IMG/VR virus record: IMGVR_UViG_3300044974_000943 | Strand: one strand, 5' to 3' | From: a virus | Length of the DNA: 64,000 bases | In this document: positions 21,394 through 32,298 of the stretch, piece after piece | How positions within the stretch are numbered: the stretch's first letter is position 1 | Layout of the letters: each line of letters starts with the position of its first letter | Notes under the pieces: generated by a model | What the model saw: the letters and a program-made list of their open reading frames with translations, nothing else | Database searches by the model: none | What the model was told of the DNA's origin: nothing | Made by a program: the position numbers and the translations under genes

Positions 21394-21986
21394 GTTTGAT
21401 TTTCTCGTTTGAAGTTTTATTATTTTAGCATCGAAGCTTTCTTTTCTGCAAGCATTTATGCAGATTCTTTCTTTAATTGTAGGAACCAATCACCCAAGAT
21501 TTTGAACAGTTTGCGCTCTTGCTCAGATGTCAACTGCGTTTTAGTTTCAATTTCTACACGATTGTATGGATAGTTTGCATCTGGAGGAAACAGTCGAACG
21601 CCAATTGGTAGTCCGACTGTCGATTTCATCGGTGTGCCTCGATATGAGCAGATTATTTTATAGCTCATTAGGCTTAGGAGGTGCAATTTTAGCGGCTGTA
21701 ACAAGGAATCCAACAAGAAGACCAGATAACTCCTCTACAAACTTAGGGTTTTGCAACATCTGATAGATTTGAGGTGTGTTCAGAATAGGGATAATTGTAT
21801 TGTCGATAAATGCTTGAGCAAGTTTCTTTGTGGACATTGGAGCATCTGCGTCTTTGACTTCGGCAATGCGCTTGTTGAGTAGAGATAAATCGAAATTGTG
21901 GATAGGCTCGTCGGCTGGTGGTTCTAATAACATATGTTTGTAGATGGTAGAATTGTTGATAAAGATAATAGCACGAATATACAAAA

Positions 21987-22370
21987 ATGCAACACTTCGC
22001 TAACTTTGCTCTTGGAGATACGGAATTAGGTAATCTTAATCGTCAAGCATATGAAAAAGCTAAAAAAACTGGAGACTGGACTCAGTACAAACAAATGCAA
22101 GCTCAACAGAAGCAAACATTTGATAGTAACAGAATAAATACCGCCACACAGAATGCACAAGCAGCTACACAGGCTAAGAGAACAGCAGCAGCAGAAGCGA
22201 AAAGAGTTGCAGGTCTTGGTGTAGGCGGAAAAGTTAAGCACTATGGAGGAAAGGCGCTAGGTGCGGCTGGGAAATTAGGCGGAGTAGCATTAACGGCTAG
22301 TTACGTTCTTCCAAGCCTTATGAGCTTGATGCCACAGAAGCCTCAGCCTGAACAAGAGCCTCCCTACTAG
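21987..22370 (+). CDS. basic Ala/Gly/Gln-rich protein, possible virion-internal/ejection protein
   Basis: Isolated plus-strand gene; ANFALG N-terminal motif; TGGTAGAAT upstream. Confidence 0.5.
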   Translation: MQHFANFALGDTELGNLNRQAYEKAKKTGDWTQYKQMQAQQKQTFDSNRINTATQNAQAATQAKRTAAAEAKRVAGLGVGGKVKHYGGKALGAAGKLGGVALTASYVLPSLMSLMPQKPQPEQEPPY

Positions 22371-22605
22371 CGCTTAAATTGCTTAAGAATTAGTCCGACA
22401 CTTTTTTGTAGTGCCTGAGCTTCTTCTACCGTAAATGAGATTGTTTGTTGAGTCTTATAAGGCTCTTCTACACTTGCGCGTTCCTCAAAGTCGATAGTGA
22501 CACCGTTAGTACCTACATCGCGGAGTTCACCAACAACTGCATAACGGTATAAGTCCTCGCAGCCTTCAGGGTAAATGTAAAACACTTGGATGACTTCAGG
22601 TTCCA

Positions 22606-23505
22606 TTATGCGCTTGTCTCATTATCGTAAGGATAGTCAGGTTCGTTGAGTCCGTCGTTGGCAATTTTGCTATTGAAGAACTCAGTTTCTTCTGGCGTTT
22701 CAAATGCTGAGTCGTTACCCCAGCGATTTGTTAAGCGGTCGCCTTCTTTCAAGTACGTAAGGTCAACGTTCGTAAGGCTGTCAATAGCCAGATAGCCGAT
22801 ACCCCAATTCACAATACGTTTCCACTCGTCAAACTCATTGAAACTAGGAGGTACAGTCAACAGCTTGCGTTCCATAATAGCTTGTTCTACTTTAGTTCTA
22901 TCCCCTAGAGCAAGTTTTGCCTCTATAATGTCTGGAAATTCAGATTGCAGCAAGCGAAGAATAGCTGCACCGTTAGCTTGTGGAACAATCCCTACTTTAG
23001 CTTCAGGGTATTTTGATGCAAAGTTACGGATTTCCTGTAGCTGTCCAATAATTTCGAGCTTGTCGCGAATGTAATCCAAGATACGGTAAGAATCCCCTTC
23101 CTTGGCAAGTACGACACCTACAGAATATACTGTGTTCGAGAATCCTGAATCCCACACAATGATTGAGTTGGAGATAGTTGTCACCACCCCATTTTCAAAC
23201 TTGTTTACTGGGGAGGCTGCTGAGTTGCCTTGAGTGCCTTTCGCTACTACGCGAAAATAAGTTGTGTCAGGTGCTTCGACGAAATCAGGGCAATCTTCGT
23301 CTGTAATACCATAAAAAATAGCGTCGAGATGTTCAGTGAACGCTTCCACTTCGGTGTGCATTTCGGGATATTTCTTTTCGATGTCTCGGAGGGTAGAGAG
23401 AAAATACTGATGCTGAATCTCATTTGCTACCCACTCTAGATTTTCGCGAGTGAGTTTGAGGAATGTCTTAATTGGTGCAATGAATTGGTTGTTCATGTAA
23501 GTCAC
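22606..23505 (-). CDS. protein with degenerate terminase-large-subunit RNase H-like nuclease domain
   Basis: VWDSGF...YSVGVV...YRILDYIR...YPEAKVGIVPQANG resembles Terminase_6C but lacks the IED and DDxxD residues; no ATPase domain. Confidence 0.5.
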   Translation of the reverse strand: MTYMNNQFIAPIKTFLKLTRENLEWVANEIQHQYFLSTLRDIEKKYPEMHTEVEAFTEHLDAIFYGITDEDCPDFVEAPDTTYFRVVAKGTQGNSAASPVNKFENGVVTTISNSIIVWDSGFSNTVYSVGVVLAKEGDSYRILDYIRDKLEIIGQLQEIRNFASKYPEAKVGIVPQANGAAILRLLQSEFPDIIEAKLALGDRTKVEQAIMERKLLTVPPSFNEFDEWKRIVNWGIGYLAIDSLTNVDLTYLKEGDRLTNRWGNDSAFETPEETEFFNSKIANDGLNEPDYPYDNETSA

Positions 23506-23564
23506 TTAGTTGATGTGGGTATTATGTCGGGGATTGGGGTGAGTGTCATCCGTCGAGGGAGGTA

Positions 23565-24053
23565 TTACCAGACATAATCTTTGGAGATACTAGTCCACAA
23601 CCTTCTCTGCTTAATTGACCTCACAAGATTGTAATAGTAACCCATGTCACGAACTTTGGATGGTTTCAGACCTTGTTGAAGTAGTTCACAAATCTCAATA
23701 ACAATTTTTTCAGTTGTCTTACATCTGGCATTGCTTTCACCAATAGCAGAACGTTTTTCATTGTCGTAGCTGTACTTGATGTTGTTGCCGTGAGTCATCC
23801 ATTCCAAGTTTTCAACTCTGTTGTTACGCCTATCGCAATCGATATGGTTGACATCCGAGTAGTTATTAGGGTTGTCAAGAAATGCTTCGGCTACTAATCT
23901 GTGAACTGCTTTAGATGTATACTTACCATCTAGGATAAGAGAAACAATTAAATATCCTCTTCCGTTATCGTGTTGCGATAAAGGTTGACCCCTTCTACCT
24001 AACACAACACCTTCTTTATTAACCTGATAACCATTGTAAATTTCTTTAAACAT
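23565..24053 (-). CDS. free-standing HNH homing endonuclease
   Basis: VHRLVAEAFL...VNHIDCDRRNNRVENLEW..HGNN; begins 5 nt after the polymerase stop. Confidence 0.92.
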   Translation of the reverse strand: MFKEIYNGYQVNKEGVVLGRRGQPLSQHDNGRGYLIVSLILDGKYTSKAVHRLVAEAFLDNPNNYSDVNHIDCDRRNNRVENLEWMTHGNNIKYSYDNEKRSAIGESNARCKTTEKIVIEICELLQQGLKPSKVRDMGYYYNLVRSIKQRRLWTSISKDYVW

Positions 24054-24057
24054 ATAT

Positions 24058-26628
24058 TTAATGGCATTTTGCCCAATTATAATTAACCATAATTTCAGTC
24101 TGCAAATGAACACTTAGCTTAAGAAGTTTTTCAGTTTTTAATATAGCATCGGATATAGCTCTAGAGATATCGTTCGGAAGGACTATATACCAATTTTTGT
24201 CGTGCATTAAAGGAGAGATTTGTTCACCTTTCCAATTTTCCACAAACTGACGACCTTCTTCTTCACTAGTAAACTTTTTGATTTGTACCATGTGTTTTTT
24301 GATGCGGAGAGCTTGTTCATCGTGCATATGAATCATCTCAGCTACATCAGGTTCAGCTACAAAACAATCAATACAATACCCTTTTTCCTCCAAAATTTGC
24401 ATTGACAAAACATTAGTATATTTGGCACAAATAATGCCTGTAGACTGAAACAAAAAATTAAGTAGAGAGTGCTTAGAACGTGTATTAATTTTTCTACCGT
24501 CGATTGTTCTTATCCAAGTTTTACCATTTTTGTTCCAATGTTTTTCCAAGTTGTCGCGCAACTCTTTTAGTGCAGGAACAGCTTGCCAATACTCATCGTA
24601 AATTCTTTGTCCCTCTTTTAAAGAGACAGACAACATTTTTGCAACTTTGGCAGGTTGACAACCATAAATTAAGGCATACTGAAGAGATTTTGCATCGCTT
24701 CTGGGTATTCCTAATTTAATGCTGTTTTTGGTGTGAATGTCATTGGGTTTGACAGCAACCAAATCTTTTGCCAACTCTTCCCCATTCGTGTATTTTAAAC
24801 ACCACAAAGCCATCACCATCGCTTCTAAAGATGAAAAGTCATAGGAGAATTGAAAAGCCCCAGAGCCACACCCAAAAAGCTCTCGCATTTGAAAACCGTA
24901 AGTGCTGGTAACTCTGGGTATGTTAGTGATGCCGATATGTCGATAACGATGACTTGCGGCTCCAATTTCGATGGCTGGTGCAGGTATTCTTCCATCAACC
25001 TGACGATATTGGTTTAAATATCCTGAGTTTGGCGGATTATCCTCGTTAAACTCCCACTCTTCATCGTCAACACCACCTGCAATCGAATTTTTGCGGTGTT
25101 TATAGGTAAGATACAGAGCGAAATCTTTGGCAAACGCAACTTTTTCTCCAATTTTAATAAGAGACGGGCAAAGCTCTTTCTCAACCCCGACCCGTATACA
25201 AGGAGAAGTGGGGACTACCACTGGTCGATTCCCTTTAATTTTCTCTGCTAGAGTAGGAAACAGATTTTCTTCGTTCAGTTCAAGAATCTCTAATCTTTGC
25301 TCTTTATACTTACCATCTTCGATAGTTTCTTTTACATAGCGTCGCAAAGCTGCCAAACGTTTTTCGTAAGGTATCGATTGTTTTTTAGAGTCGCAGATGA
25401 GGTTCCTAACCCGAAATTCGGTGGGTTGCCAATTTTTTGAAATAAGGACAGACTTCACCCAGTCGATATCGTCAATATCTGCTTTAATATGGCTCTCTAG
25501 CGGTTCATTATAAGGCAAGAGATACATTTGCCCCTTATAAAATAGAAGCCACTCCTCGTCGATTTTTTCGATAGTAGCACCAACTCTTTCAGTAAAACGT
25601 AGCATCACATCGCTAGGTTCAGTAAACTCAGGAACTAGAGCTTCGTAGTAAGGCAATTGAAAAGTCTGACCACCAAAAATGAAACTAAAATCTCCTTCGG
25701 TATACTCAATTTCTTCTTGGTTGGTTAAGAACTTAACAACCGCAGACGAAAGTTTACCGTCTTTCTTGATTTGTACTTTAGGAAGATAGACAGCTTTATG
25801 AATTTTTAATTGATTAACGGGAGGAGTGACTTCTGCAAGTTCCCCTTTATTACGAGGTTTTGGAGGAAGAATTGGATTAATGGCATCCGCAATCGCTTTC
25901 ATTTTCTCTTGGAGGTCAGCAACCGCAATTTTCGCTTTTTCAACGTCAAATGCGAAACCAAGGTGTTCTCGTCTTACTCCAAGGTCACACAACTTCGCCT
26001 CCATCTTAAAAGCTTGATGCCAGCCCGAATATTCCAAGTACTCAGCCCACAAGCGCTGAAACAGTTTGCAAGTAACTACTGTATCTTGCTGACAATAATC
26101 AAGCAAAAGGGGTGTCCAATTTAGGAACTGTTCGCCTTTGGGGGAATTTTTTTCAATATAACCCGCAGCAATACAAGCAGCACGATAATCTGACTTCTCT
26201 GTTCCCAACCGTTGACCCCAAACTTCGAGCGAATGTCCCATGCCTTCAGGGGTATAGCGGTCAGGACTTAGCAAGCGAGATAAGAGCAACGTATCAACAA
26301 TTTGGCAAGATTGCCCAAACACTATATCGGGCTGGTCAAGATATCCAATTCTGTAATCAAGAATACCAAATAGCTTCAACGCTGGAAAGTCGAACGAGAT
26401 GCCATTATGAGCTACCAAGTGTGTGCAACCATGCAAAACAGTTCTGAGCCAGTGCTTAGTAATTTCCTCCTTCTCGGCTGAGTGCGTCTCTCCTGTTTCC
26501 ACGTTTCTTACAACAACACAGTGCAACTTCGCGCTAGGAAGTAACTTGTAGGGAAAACCAGAATAGTCCAACATACCTGAAAGGAGGTTATTAGTTTCAA
26601 TGTCAATCGCCAAAATTCTATCTAACAC
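24058..26628 (-). CDS. polA: family A DNA polymerase, T7 gp5-like (3'-5' exonuclease + polymerase; Tyr at the 762-equivalent position)
   Basis: ExoI DIETN, ExoII HNGISFD, ExoIII YCQQD; motif A DFSSLE, motif B RSDAKSLQYALIYG, motif C HDE; NWAKCH end. Confidence 0.95.
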   Translation of the reverse strand: MLDRILAIDIETNNLLSGMLDYSGFPYKLLPSAKLHCVVVRNVETGETHSAEKEEITKHWLRTVLHGCTHLVAHNGISFDFPALKLFGILDYRIGYLDQPDIVFGQSCQIVDTLLLSRLLSPDRYTPEGMGHSLEVWGQRLGTEKSDYRAACIAAGYIEKNSPKGEQFLNWTPLLLDYCQQDTVVTCKLFQRLWAEYLEYSGWHQAFKMEAKLCDLGVRREHLGFAFDVEKAKIAVADLQEKMKAIADAINPILPPKPRNKGELAEVTPPVNQLKIHKAVYLPKVQIKKDGKLSSAVVKFLTNQEEIEYTEGDFSFIFGGQTFQLPYYEALVPEFTEPSDVMLRFTERVGATIEKIDEEWLLFYKGQMYLLPYNEPLESHIKADIDDIDWVKSVLISKNWQPTEFRVRNLICDSKKQSIPYEKRLAALRRYVKETIEDGKYKEQRLEILELNEENLFPTLAEKIKGNRPVVVPTSPCIRVGVEKELCPSLIKIGEKVAFAKDFALYLTYKHRKNSIAGGVDDEEWEFNEDNPPNSGYLNQYRQVDGRIPAPAIEIGAASHRYRHIGITNIPRVTSTYGFQMRELFGCGSGAFQFSYDFSSLEAMVMALWCLKYTNGEELAKDLVAVKPNDIHTKNSIKLGIPRSDAKSLQYALIYGCQPAKVAKMLSVSLKEGQRIYDEYWQAVPALKELRDNLEKHWNKNGKTWIRTIDGRKINTRSKHSLLNFLFQSTGIICAKYTNVLSMQILEEKGYCIDCFVAEPDVAEMIHMHDEQALRIKKHMVQIKKFTSEEEGRQFVENWKGEQISPLMHDKNWYIVLPNDISRAISDAILKTEKLLKLSVHLQTEIMVNYNWAKCH

Positions 26629-26752
26629 TCAATTTCTCCTTTAACTCGTTTATCTCTTTCTGCTGTTTGCATACTATCTCTTTCAATTTGGCTACTTCAA
26701 GCACAGTAACTCGTAAATATTCTGCTATAGTCTGAATTTGTTTTTCCATTCT

Positions 26753-27403
26753 TTAACTCTCCAAATAATTGACTACAAACTTCACAAAATCATCAAAATG
26801 AGAATGATTATCAAAATCATTATTATCGAGCCAGTAGTCAGGTATCTCTACCTTGTTGTAAAAATCCCACTGCAACAACTCACTCTCTGGCGGGTGATGC
26901 TCATAATTTTCTCCAAATTGTGCAGACTCACGATGACACTGTAAAACAGCAGCTTTTTCATTGTGAATATACACAACTTTTCCACCCTGAGAACGTACCC
27001 AATCTAGCTCATTTTGATAACGTAAATCTGAAATGAGTAAAATACTTTCAGAAGAATTGTATCTTCTGTCAAGAGCATTAATAAAAACATCTTCGCCAAG
27101 TTCTTCGCGGAGCAATTGCCCTACTCTTTTCTGCACATCTCTCGAAGACCACTTAGACTCGATGCCAGAGCGATTATAGCCAAATACAAAACGCTTCTCT
27201 TCTTTCAAACTGCGGTCTTGCAGTTCCTTGCCACTGATGCCAAGAATAGGTGTTACAGCTTCATTTAACGAGTCTGCGAAGCGGCAACGCACCGTAGACA
27301 TAGTGTAGCGGTGCTGATATATCAATCGAGACTGCAAGCGATTCATTATGAAGTCTTTACCAGAGTTTATTGAACCGCAGCAACAGATAATTTTCCTAGA
27401 CAT
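26753..27403 (-). CDS. deoxynucleoside monophosphate kinase
   Basis: GSINSGKD P-loop, FADSL, R.VQKRVG, ISDLRYQNE, H..E. Confidence 0.85.
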   Translation of the reverse strand: MSRKIICCCGSINSGKDFIMNRLQSRLIYQHRYTMSTVRCRFADSLNEAVTPILGISGKELQDRSLKEEKRFVFGYNRSGIESKWSSRDVQKRVGQLLREELGEDVFINALDRRYNSSESILLISDLRYQNELDWVRSQGGKVVYIHNEKAAVLQCHRESAQFGENYEHHPPESELLQWDFYNKVEIPDYWLDNNDFDNHSHFDDFVKFVVNYLES

Positions 27404-27579
27404 TTTTCCTTACCTTCTCACCGATAACAACGATACCTATACTAGAACCAAAAAACACAGCAAACTGAGTCAAGTAACCTTTTGCATCTTTAGGGTAGAT
27501 GGCAGTAAGTATTAGTGCAGATAGACTTGCACCAAATAAGACTGCTGTAGTTTGCAAATAGTACCGCAGAAATAGCCTA

Positions 27580-29232
27580 TTAAAACTCATCCTCAATAAT
27601 CTCCTCAGTTACAACTGAACTCACATTACCAGCAATACCATCAATTAGCATCTCCTCTAGGACATACCCTGTGCCAGCTTCATCTACTACTGTGTAGGTA
27701 ACGTCACGCAAACTTGCCTTTTCGCTTCTTGCGGTAACAGTGAAATCTTCGCCATTATGTGAAACTACATCACCAACTTGATACAAGAATGAGGTCGTCA
27801 ATTGCTTCAGTCGCTCACGCTCCTCGTCAGAAAAGAGAAGTTTGAGGGCAGCTTTGCGGCGGTCAGCAGTCCAATCGTGTGTCAAGTCATACAGAGCGCG
27901 TTTGTCGCGTAGTTGCATCATGTTATGGGCATCTAGGACGGCAGGGCTATATTCTTTAGCAGCTTTCTCTGGCTCAATCATCCAAAGTGACTCAGACGGC
28001 ATCGCATAGACGTTAGTAGTACCGTTGTGCTTCTGAATAATACTCTGATTATCGACAAGGCATAGCAGACTTTGTTTCAACTCAAAACTAGAGCCTAGAT
28101 TACTGAGGTCTTTCAACGTAAACTCTTTATCAGGATTAGTCGAGAAAAATCGAAGTAGCTTACCAGTTAAGTTGTCGTCAAGGGTTTGAGACTCGGATAG
28201 CACCTCAAGACCCCACAGACCATCTTCTTGCGTAATTTGGCGATACTCGATAGTGATTGGCTTGCCTTGGCGCGGAAGTGTCGTTAAAGTGATTGGTAAG
28301 TTGTTATCAGAGCTATACTCGTCCTCTTTTTTCTTAAAGATTCCGATGATACCCGATGAGTTCGAGGCGATACTAGTCGAACCAGACAAAGCAGCTACCA
28401 GATTGCCCTTTTTACCATCCTTAGCACCTTGTTTGCTGAAGTGGTGAATGAGAATACCGCAAGTATCGGTCTGAACGAATACTGCCTGAATTTTAGCGAT
28501 GATTTTACCAAATTCCGACGTATTTTCTGAGTGTTCGCTGTTACTTGTGGAGGCGCGAAGCGAGTCGATGATAACTAATGTAGGTTGATGCTTGATAATC
28601 TGCTGCTGAAGGTATGGGATATCGATAGTAGCGTCGAATAAGCGCTCGAATACCAAACAGTCGGGGTCAAAGTTGACTTGCAAACTGACTTCGTTGTTGT
28701 TTTTAGCGCCAAAACCAGTCATATGCGCCCTTTCAGCGATAGTTCTGCGGTCTTCTTCCAACTGAAAGTAGAGAACCTTACCTTTGCGAACGGGCATACC
28801 CAAAAATCTTCCTGAGATGATAAAAGAATAGGCGAGATGATAGCCCATCAAACTTTTACCAGTCTTAGGGGCAGCACCGAAAATGTAAAGCCCTGAAGTG
28901 CGGAGAAAATTAGGAATAAGCCAGTTGTCAGTCGGGTCATAGCTTGCGAGAACGTCACGAATATTAACACTGCGCTCGAATGTTGGTTTAGGTGCAACAA
29001 TATCTTCGATGTCGTGATTGATTACTTTGGAATCGAAGCCCAAAATTGGATACCACTTCTTTTCAAGGCAAGACATAAGGTAGCGCTTGACCAGCTTTTT
29101 GTTCTGCAAATCTTTGTCGCTCAGTGTATCGATATAGTTTCGCAAATCTTGTTGGTACTCTGCGAAAATTTGTACTTTATTTTCAAGTGTGAAGTCAATT
29201 TTCTCTAAACCGAGGCTTTCTGTGTATTGCAT
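27580..29232 (-). CDS. RepA/AAA_25-type replicative helicase (RecA fold)
   Basis: GAAPKTGKS Walker A, VLYFQLEE, LVIIDSL, ILIHH, SGST; follows the primase. Confidence 0.85.
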   Translation of the reverse strand: MQYTESLGLEKIDFTLENKVQIFAEYQQDLRNYIDTLSDKDLQNKKLVKRYLMSCLEKKWYPILGFDSKVINHDIEDIVAPKPTFERSVNIRDVLASYDPTDNWLIPNFLRTSGLYIFGAAPKTGKSLMGYHLAYSFIISGRFLGMPVRKGKVLYFQLEEDRRTIAERAHMTGFGAKNNNEVSLQVNFDPDCLVFERLFDATIDIPYLQQQIIKHQPTLVIIDSLRASTSNSEHSENTSEFGKIIAKIQAVFVQTDTCGILIHHFSKQGAKDGKKGNLVAALSGSTSIASNSSGIIGIFKKKEDEYSSDNNLPITLTTLPRQGKPITIEYRQITQEDGLWGLEVLSESQTLDDNLTGKLLRFFSTNPDKEFTLKDLSNLGSSFELKQSLLCLVDNQSIIQKHNGTTNVYAMPSESLWMIEPEKAAKEYSPAVLDAHNMMQLRDKRALYDLTHDWTADRRKAALKLLFSDEERERLKQLTTSFLYQVGDVVSHNGEDFTVTARSEKASLRDVTYTVVDEAGTGYVLEEMLIDGIAGNVSSVVTEEIIEDEF

Positions 29233-30167
29233 CCTTTTAATAATCCTAATAATTCTTCTCTAGTACAAATTTCCCACGAATCGATTGCGTCAGCCGCATC
29301 ATAATTTTTTTCTGACTCTTTGCCGAGCAGTTCAGCAATATTGTAGCTCGATGCGTTTATGCCAGACTTCCATGCTTCATGTAAGAACTTTTGTGCTTTA
29401 GCTTCGCCTACTTCGTCATTATCGGTTAAATAGACGATATTACGCACCTTGTAACTCAAGCACCTCATGAACTTGGCTAGATAGCTTTGTTGATATACGA
29501 AACTTGGAAAGCTCAGTGCTGCGATTCCTATTTGCTGAAGCGCCGCCGCGCATTTTTCTCCTTCAACGAAAATAACAGATGATTGAGCATACTTTGATAA
29601 GTAGATTGGGACGTTTCGGAAGGTTGTAGGAACTTCATTTACCCATTCTCCATTGTCTTTTTTAATACGAAAGTAGAAGAACTTTTTCTCGCCGCTATTG
29701 GGTGCGGGGTCGATGCGATTAACGGTGAAATCGTCATATTTGTAGATTGTTAATTTTTTACCGTCCTCAAAGAAGGTGTGCCAAGGTTTTTCATAGGGCA
29801 AAGAGGAATAGAATTGAGTGACATCGATTTTAGTGAGGTTTAGTGGTAGCGGTTTTATGATATCAAATGTCAAAGGTAGACGCATCTTCCTTGAGTTGTA
29901 TTTACTTCGAGGAGGTTTAAATTCTCCTTTAGTTAAGTATTCTCTAATTGGGTTTGGATTAATACGTTGACAATCATTTGTATAGCAAGAATAAGCACCA
30001 CTTTTAGTTCCTGAACTAACAATTTTAAGGATTCCACCGCAAGCTGGACATTTTGCTTTAATCCAACTGGAGTGATGCTCAAGTTTTTCTAAATCATCCA
30101 ATTTTTGCAGGTAATTCAATATTAGAAACACTATTCTCCGACTCCGTTTGTGCTGAGTACTGTTCAA
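29205..30167 (-). CDS. DNA primase (Zn finger + TOPRIM)
   Basis: CPAC...CYTNDC; VIFVEGEKCA; LTDND. Confidence 0.85.
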   Translation of the reverse strand: MNSTQHKRSRRIVFLILNYLQKLDDLEKLEHHSSWIKAKCPACGGILKIVSSGTKSGAYSCYTNDCQRINPNPIREYLTKGEFKPPRSKYNSRKMRLPLTFDIIKPLPLNLTKIDVTQFYSSLPYEKPWHTFFEDGKKLTIYKYDDFTVNRIDPAPNSGEKKFFYFRIKKDNGEWVNEVPTTFRNVPIYLSKYAQSSVIFVEGEKCAAALQQIGIAALSFPSFVYQQSYLAKFMRCLSYKVRNIVYLTDNDEVGEAKAQKFLHEAWKSGINASSYNIAELLGKESEKNYDAADAIDSWEICTREELLGLLKGCNTQKASV

Positions 30168-31131
30168 TTATCTGTTGTAAAGGCAAGTCTATACTAAAGC
30201 ATTCTTGCATACCATTAAACTTTATTTCAGGTAAGTATTTATAAAACTTGTATTTCCTTTTTAATTCGACTTCTAAATCAAATATAATTTTAGGATTCGT
30301 ATCTATAACCTCATGTATCACAGTAGTACTATAAGGTATATGGCTGGCTCGGTATGAGGTTTTTAAATATGTCCTACCTATTTTGTAAAAATGTTCGCTG
30401 CCATTGGTTAGAGAGAGTATATATAGTTTAAAACTATCGAAATACTTAGATATTTCCGCACTTTTAACCCAATTACTTAACCCCCAACCAGTAGGATTTT
30501 CAGCATGATATTTTAAATTAGTTTCGTACCCACACTTATAACATCCATGACCAGTTAAATGACCAGCAGGACTTTGTAAGTAACTCCCATGTTCTCTACA
30601 AACTATCTCGACAGGAATTTTAGCTGTTTCATAAATAGTTTTTGAGTAATCATATTTACTTCCGTGTATTTTTCTTGCTTTTTCTTCAAAAGTTTGTCTT
30701 GCAAGTTCCTTTACTGGCTCCAATCGATTGAGTGTACCACATTTTCTACAACCTGCACCAAATAAATGTGCATTTGCGGATTGCAGGTAATCCCCATGAA
30801 TACTGCAAATTATAATGCTTTTTGTTCTAGATGTTTTATAGATAAATTTTTCATAACTATAAACATTATTGTGAACTTCTTTTGCCTTTTCAACAAACAT
30901 CTGTCTTGCATTTTCGGTTCTAGCTTTACCTTTCATAACTATTGCACATTGCCTACAACCTACGCCTTGTAAATGACTTTGGGCGGTCTGTTGAAAGTCT
31001 CCGTGAGAAGCGCAAGTGACAGTTATTTTATTGTCTCCCCCTATATAAATACTATTTGTATAATCGTATTTATCTCCATGAACTTGTTTAGCTCTAGTTA
31101 TAAACTCTTGAGTTGTTAATCTTCTAGACAT
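30094..31131 (-). CDS. homing-endonuclease-like protein with three DUF723-type Zn-ribbon repeats and C-terminal GIY-YIG-like domain
   Basis: Repeats F..KA..VHG.KYDY...C..HG.F.Q....HL.G.GC..C; LYIL...FYKIGRT...ECF. Confidence 0.8.
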   Translation of the reverse strand: MSRRLTTQEFITRAKQVHGDKYDYTNSIYIGGDNKITVTCASHGDFQQTAQSHLQGVGCRQCAIVMKGKARTENARQMFVEKAKEVHNNVYSYEKFIYKTSRTKSIIICSIHGDYLQSANAHLFGAGCRKCGTLNRLEPVKELARQTFEEKARKIHGSKYDYSKTIYETAKIPVEIVCREHGSYLQSPAGHLTGHGCYKCGYETNLKYHAENPTGWGLSNWVKSAEISKYFDSFKLYILSLTNGSEHFYKIGRTYLKTSYRASHIPYSTTVIHEVIDTNPKIIFDLEVELKRKYKFYKYLPEIKFNGMQECFSIDLPLQQIIEQYSAQTESENSVSNIELPAKIG

Positions 31132-31137
31132 AATAAG

Positions 31138-32081
31138 TTAGCGTATTAATGTAATTTCTTTAGGGATATTGTTTTCCCATTCACAAGTATCGTAATTGTA
31201 CCTACCATTTGCATGAGACACCATTTGCCGCCAAGATTTTTCTAGTTTTTTTACACCATAAAAGTCTCGAAGGATTTCTTTAAAAACCTTAAAATAATAG
31301 TTCAAATCTTTACGATTTAAGTAGCAAATTTTGCAGTCCTCTTCATTGACGTATACCAATGTTGCACCGACAATTCCTGCACCATAAATATCTTTGAAAT
31401 TTGTCTGTTTGGTCAACGCAGCCGCATAGAACGACAATTGGAGACAGTTCTTAAACATCATATCTACTACGTCTGTGCGTGGCAAGCTTTTTTTCTTGAT
31501 TTTTCCAGTCTTAGGGTTTTTTTGGTACGAGCGTTTTGTCTTGAGGTCGGCAATAATAAATTGAGGCTCATCTAAAATTTCTCCGTTTTTGAATTGAAAT
31601 ACGTTTGCTGGAAGACAAAGGAGTTGGTCGTACCTGCCAGCTAACATTAGTGGTTCAGGATTTTTCGTCTCTAGCAAAGCGTTGTAGAAGAGGGGCATTT
31701 CGGCATTTGCAAATTCGGGTTCCACGTAACTATAAAAATTATCTATAGCAACAGCAGCTATTTTTTCTTCTACAAGATTGCCGAGACAATATACACCTTG
31801 CAATATATATTCCTCTACTAGAGAGTGGGCGGCAGTACCCACTCTTGCACTCTCAGCAGAAATCTCATCAGGGTCTTCACCCAAACTCCTCATCTTATCG
31901 CCCCACACCTCCAAAATATCTTCACCCTTATCATTCGTTAAATCTTCGTATTGACTTAACACAGTCGTTGTGCTGGCACATTTTAACCCGCACACAGACT
32001 CATACTGACGCTTACCATTCTCTTCTGTAACTTCCCCTTTATATTTGATAAAAGGTTCGTATTCAAACAGTTTCTTAGCCA
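31138..32081 (-). CDS. PD-(D/E)xK exonuclease (Cas4/RecB-like)
   Basis: STTTVL, GTAAHSLVE, LAGRYD, IADLKT, QLSFYA. Confidence 0.8.
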
Positions 32082-32298
32082 TCAACCACTCACAAACATA
32101 ACAGTACCAAATAATGTAACGGGACACTTAATATTAATTTGTTCGCACTGAACTTCAGGATTGTAATGCAAGAGCAAATCTATATCGTTAGGAGATTTTT
32201 GAGCTTCTATAAATTTAGAAGCGTGTTCAAGTGGTATTTTATACAGGGTAATCGCGCCTACACAATTCACCCAAACCAGATGAAAATGAGTAAATGTA

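Noticed and set aside
23565-24113. HNH gene as part of an intron in the DNA polymerase gene
   Set aside because: The polymerase has all its motifs and a natural NWAKCH end before the HNH gene; no intron core is visible.
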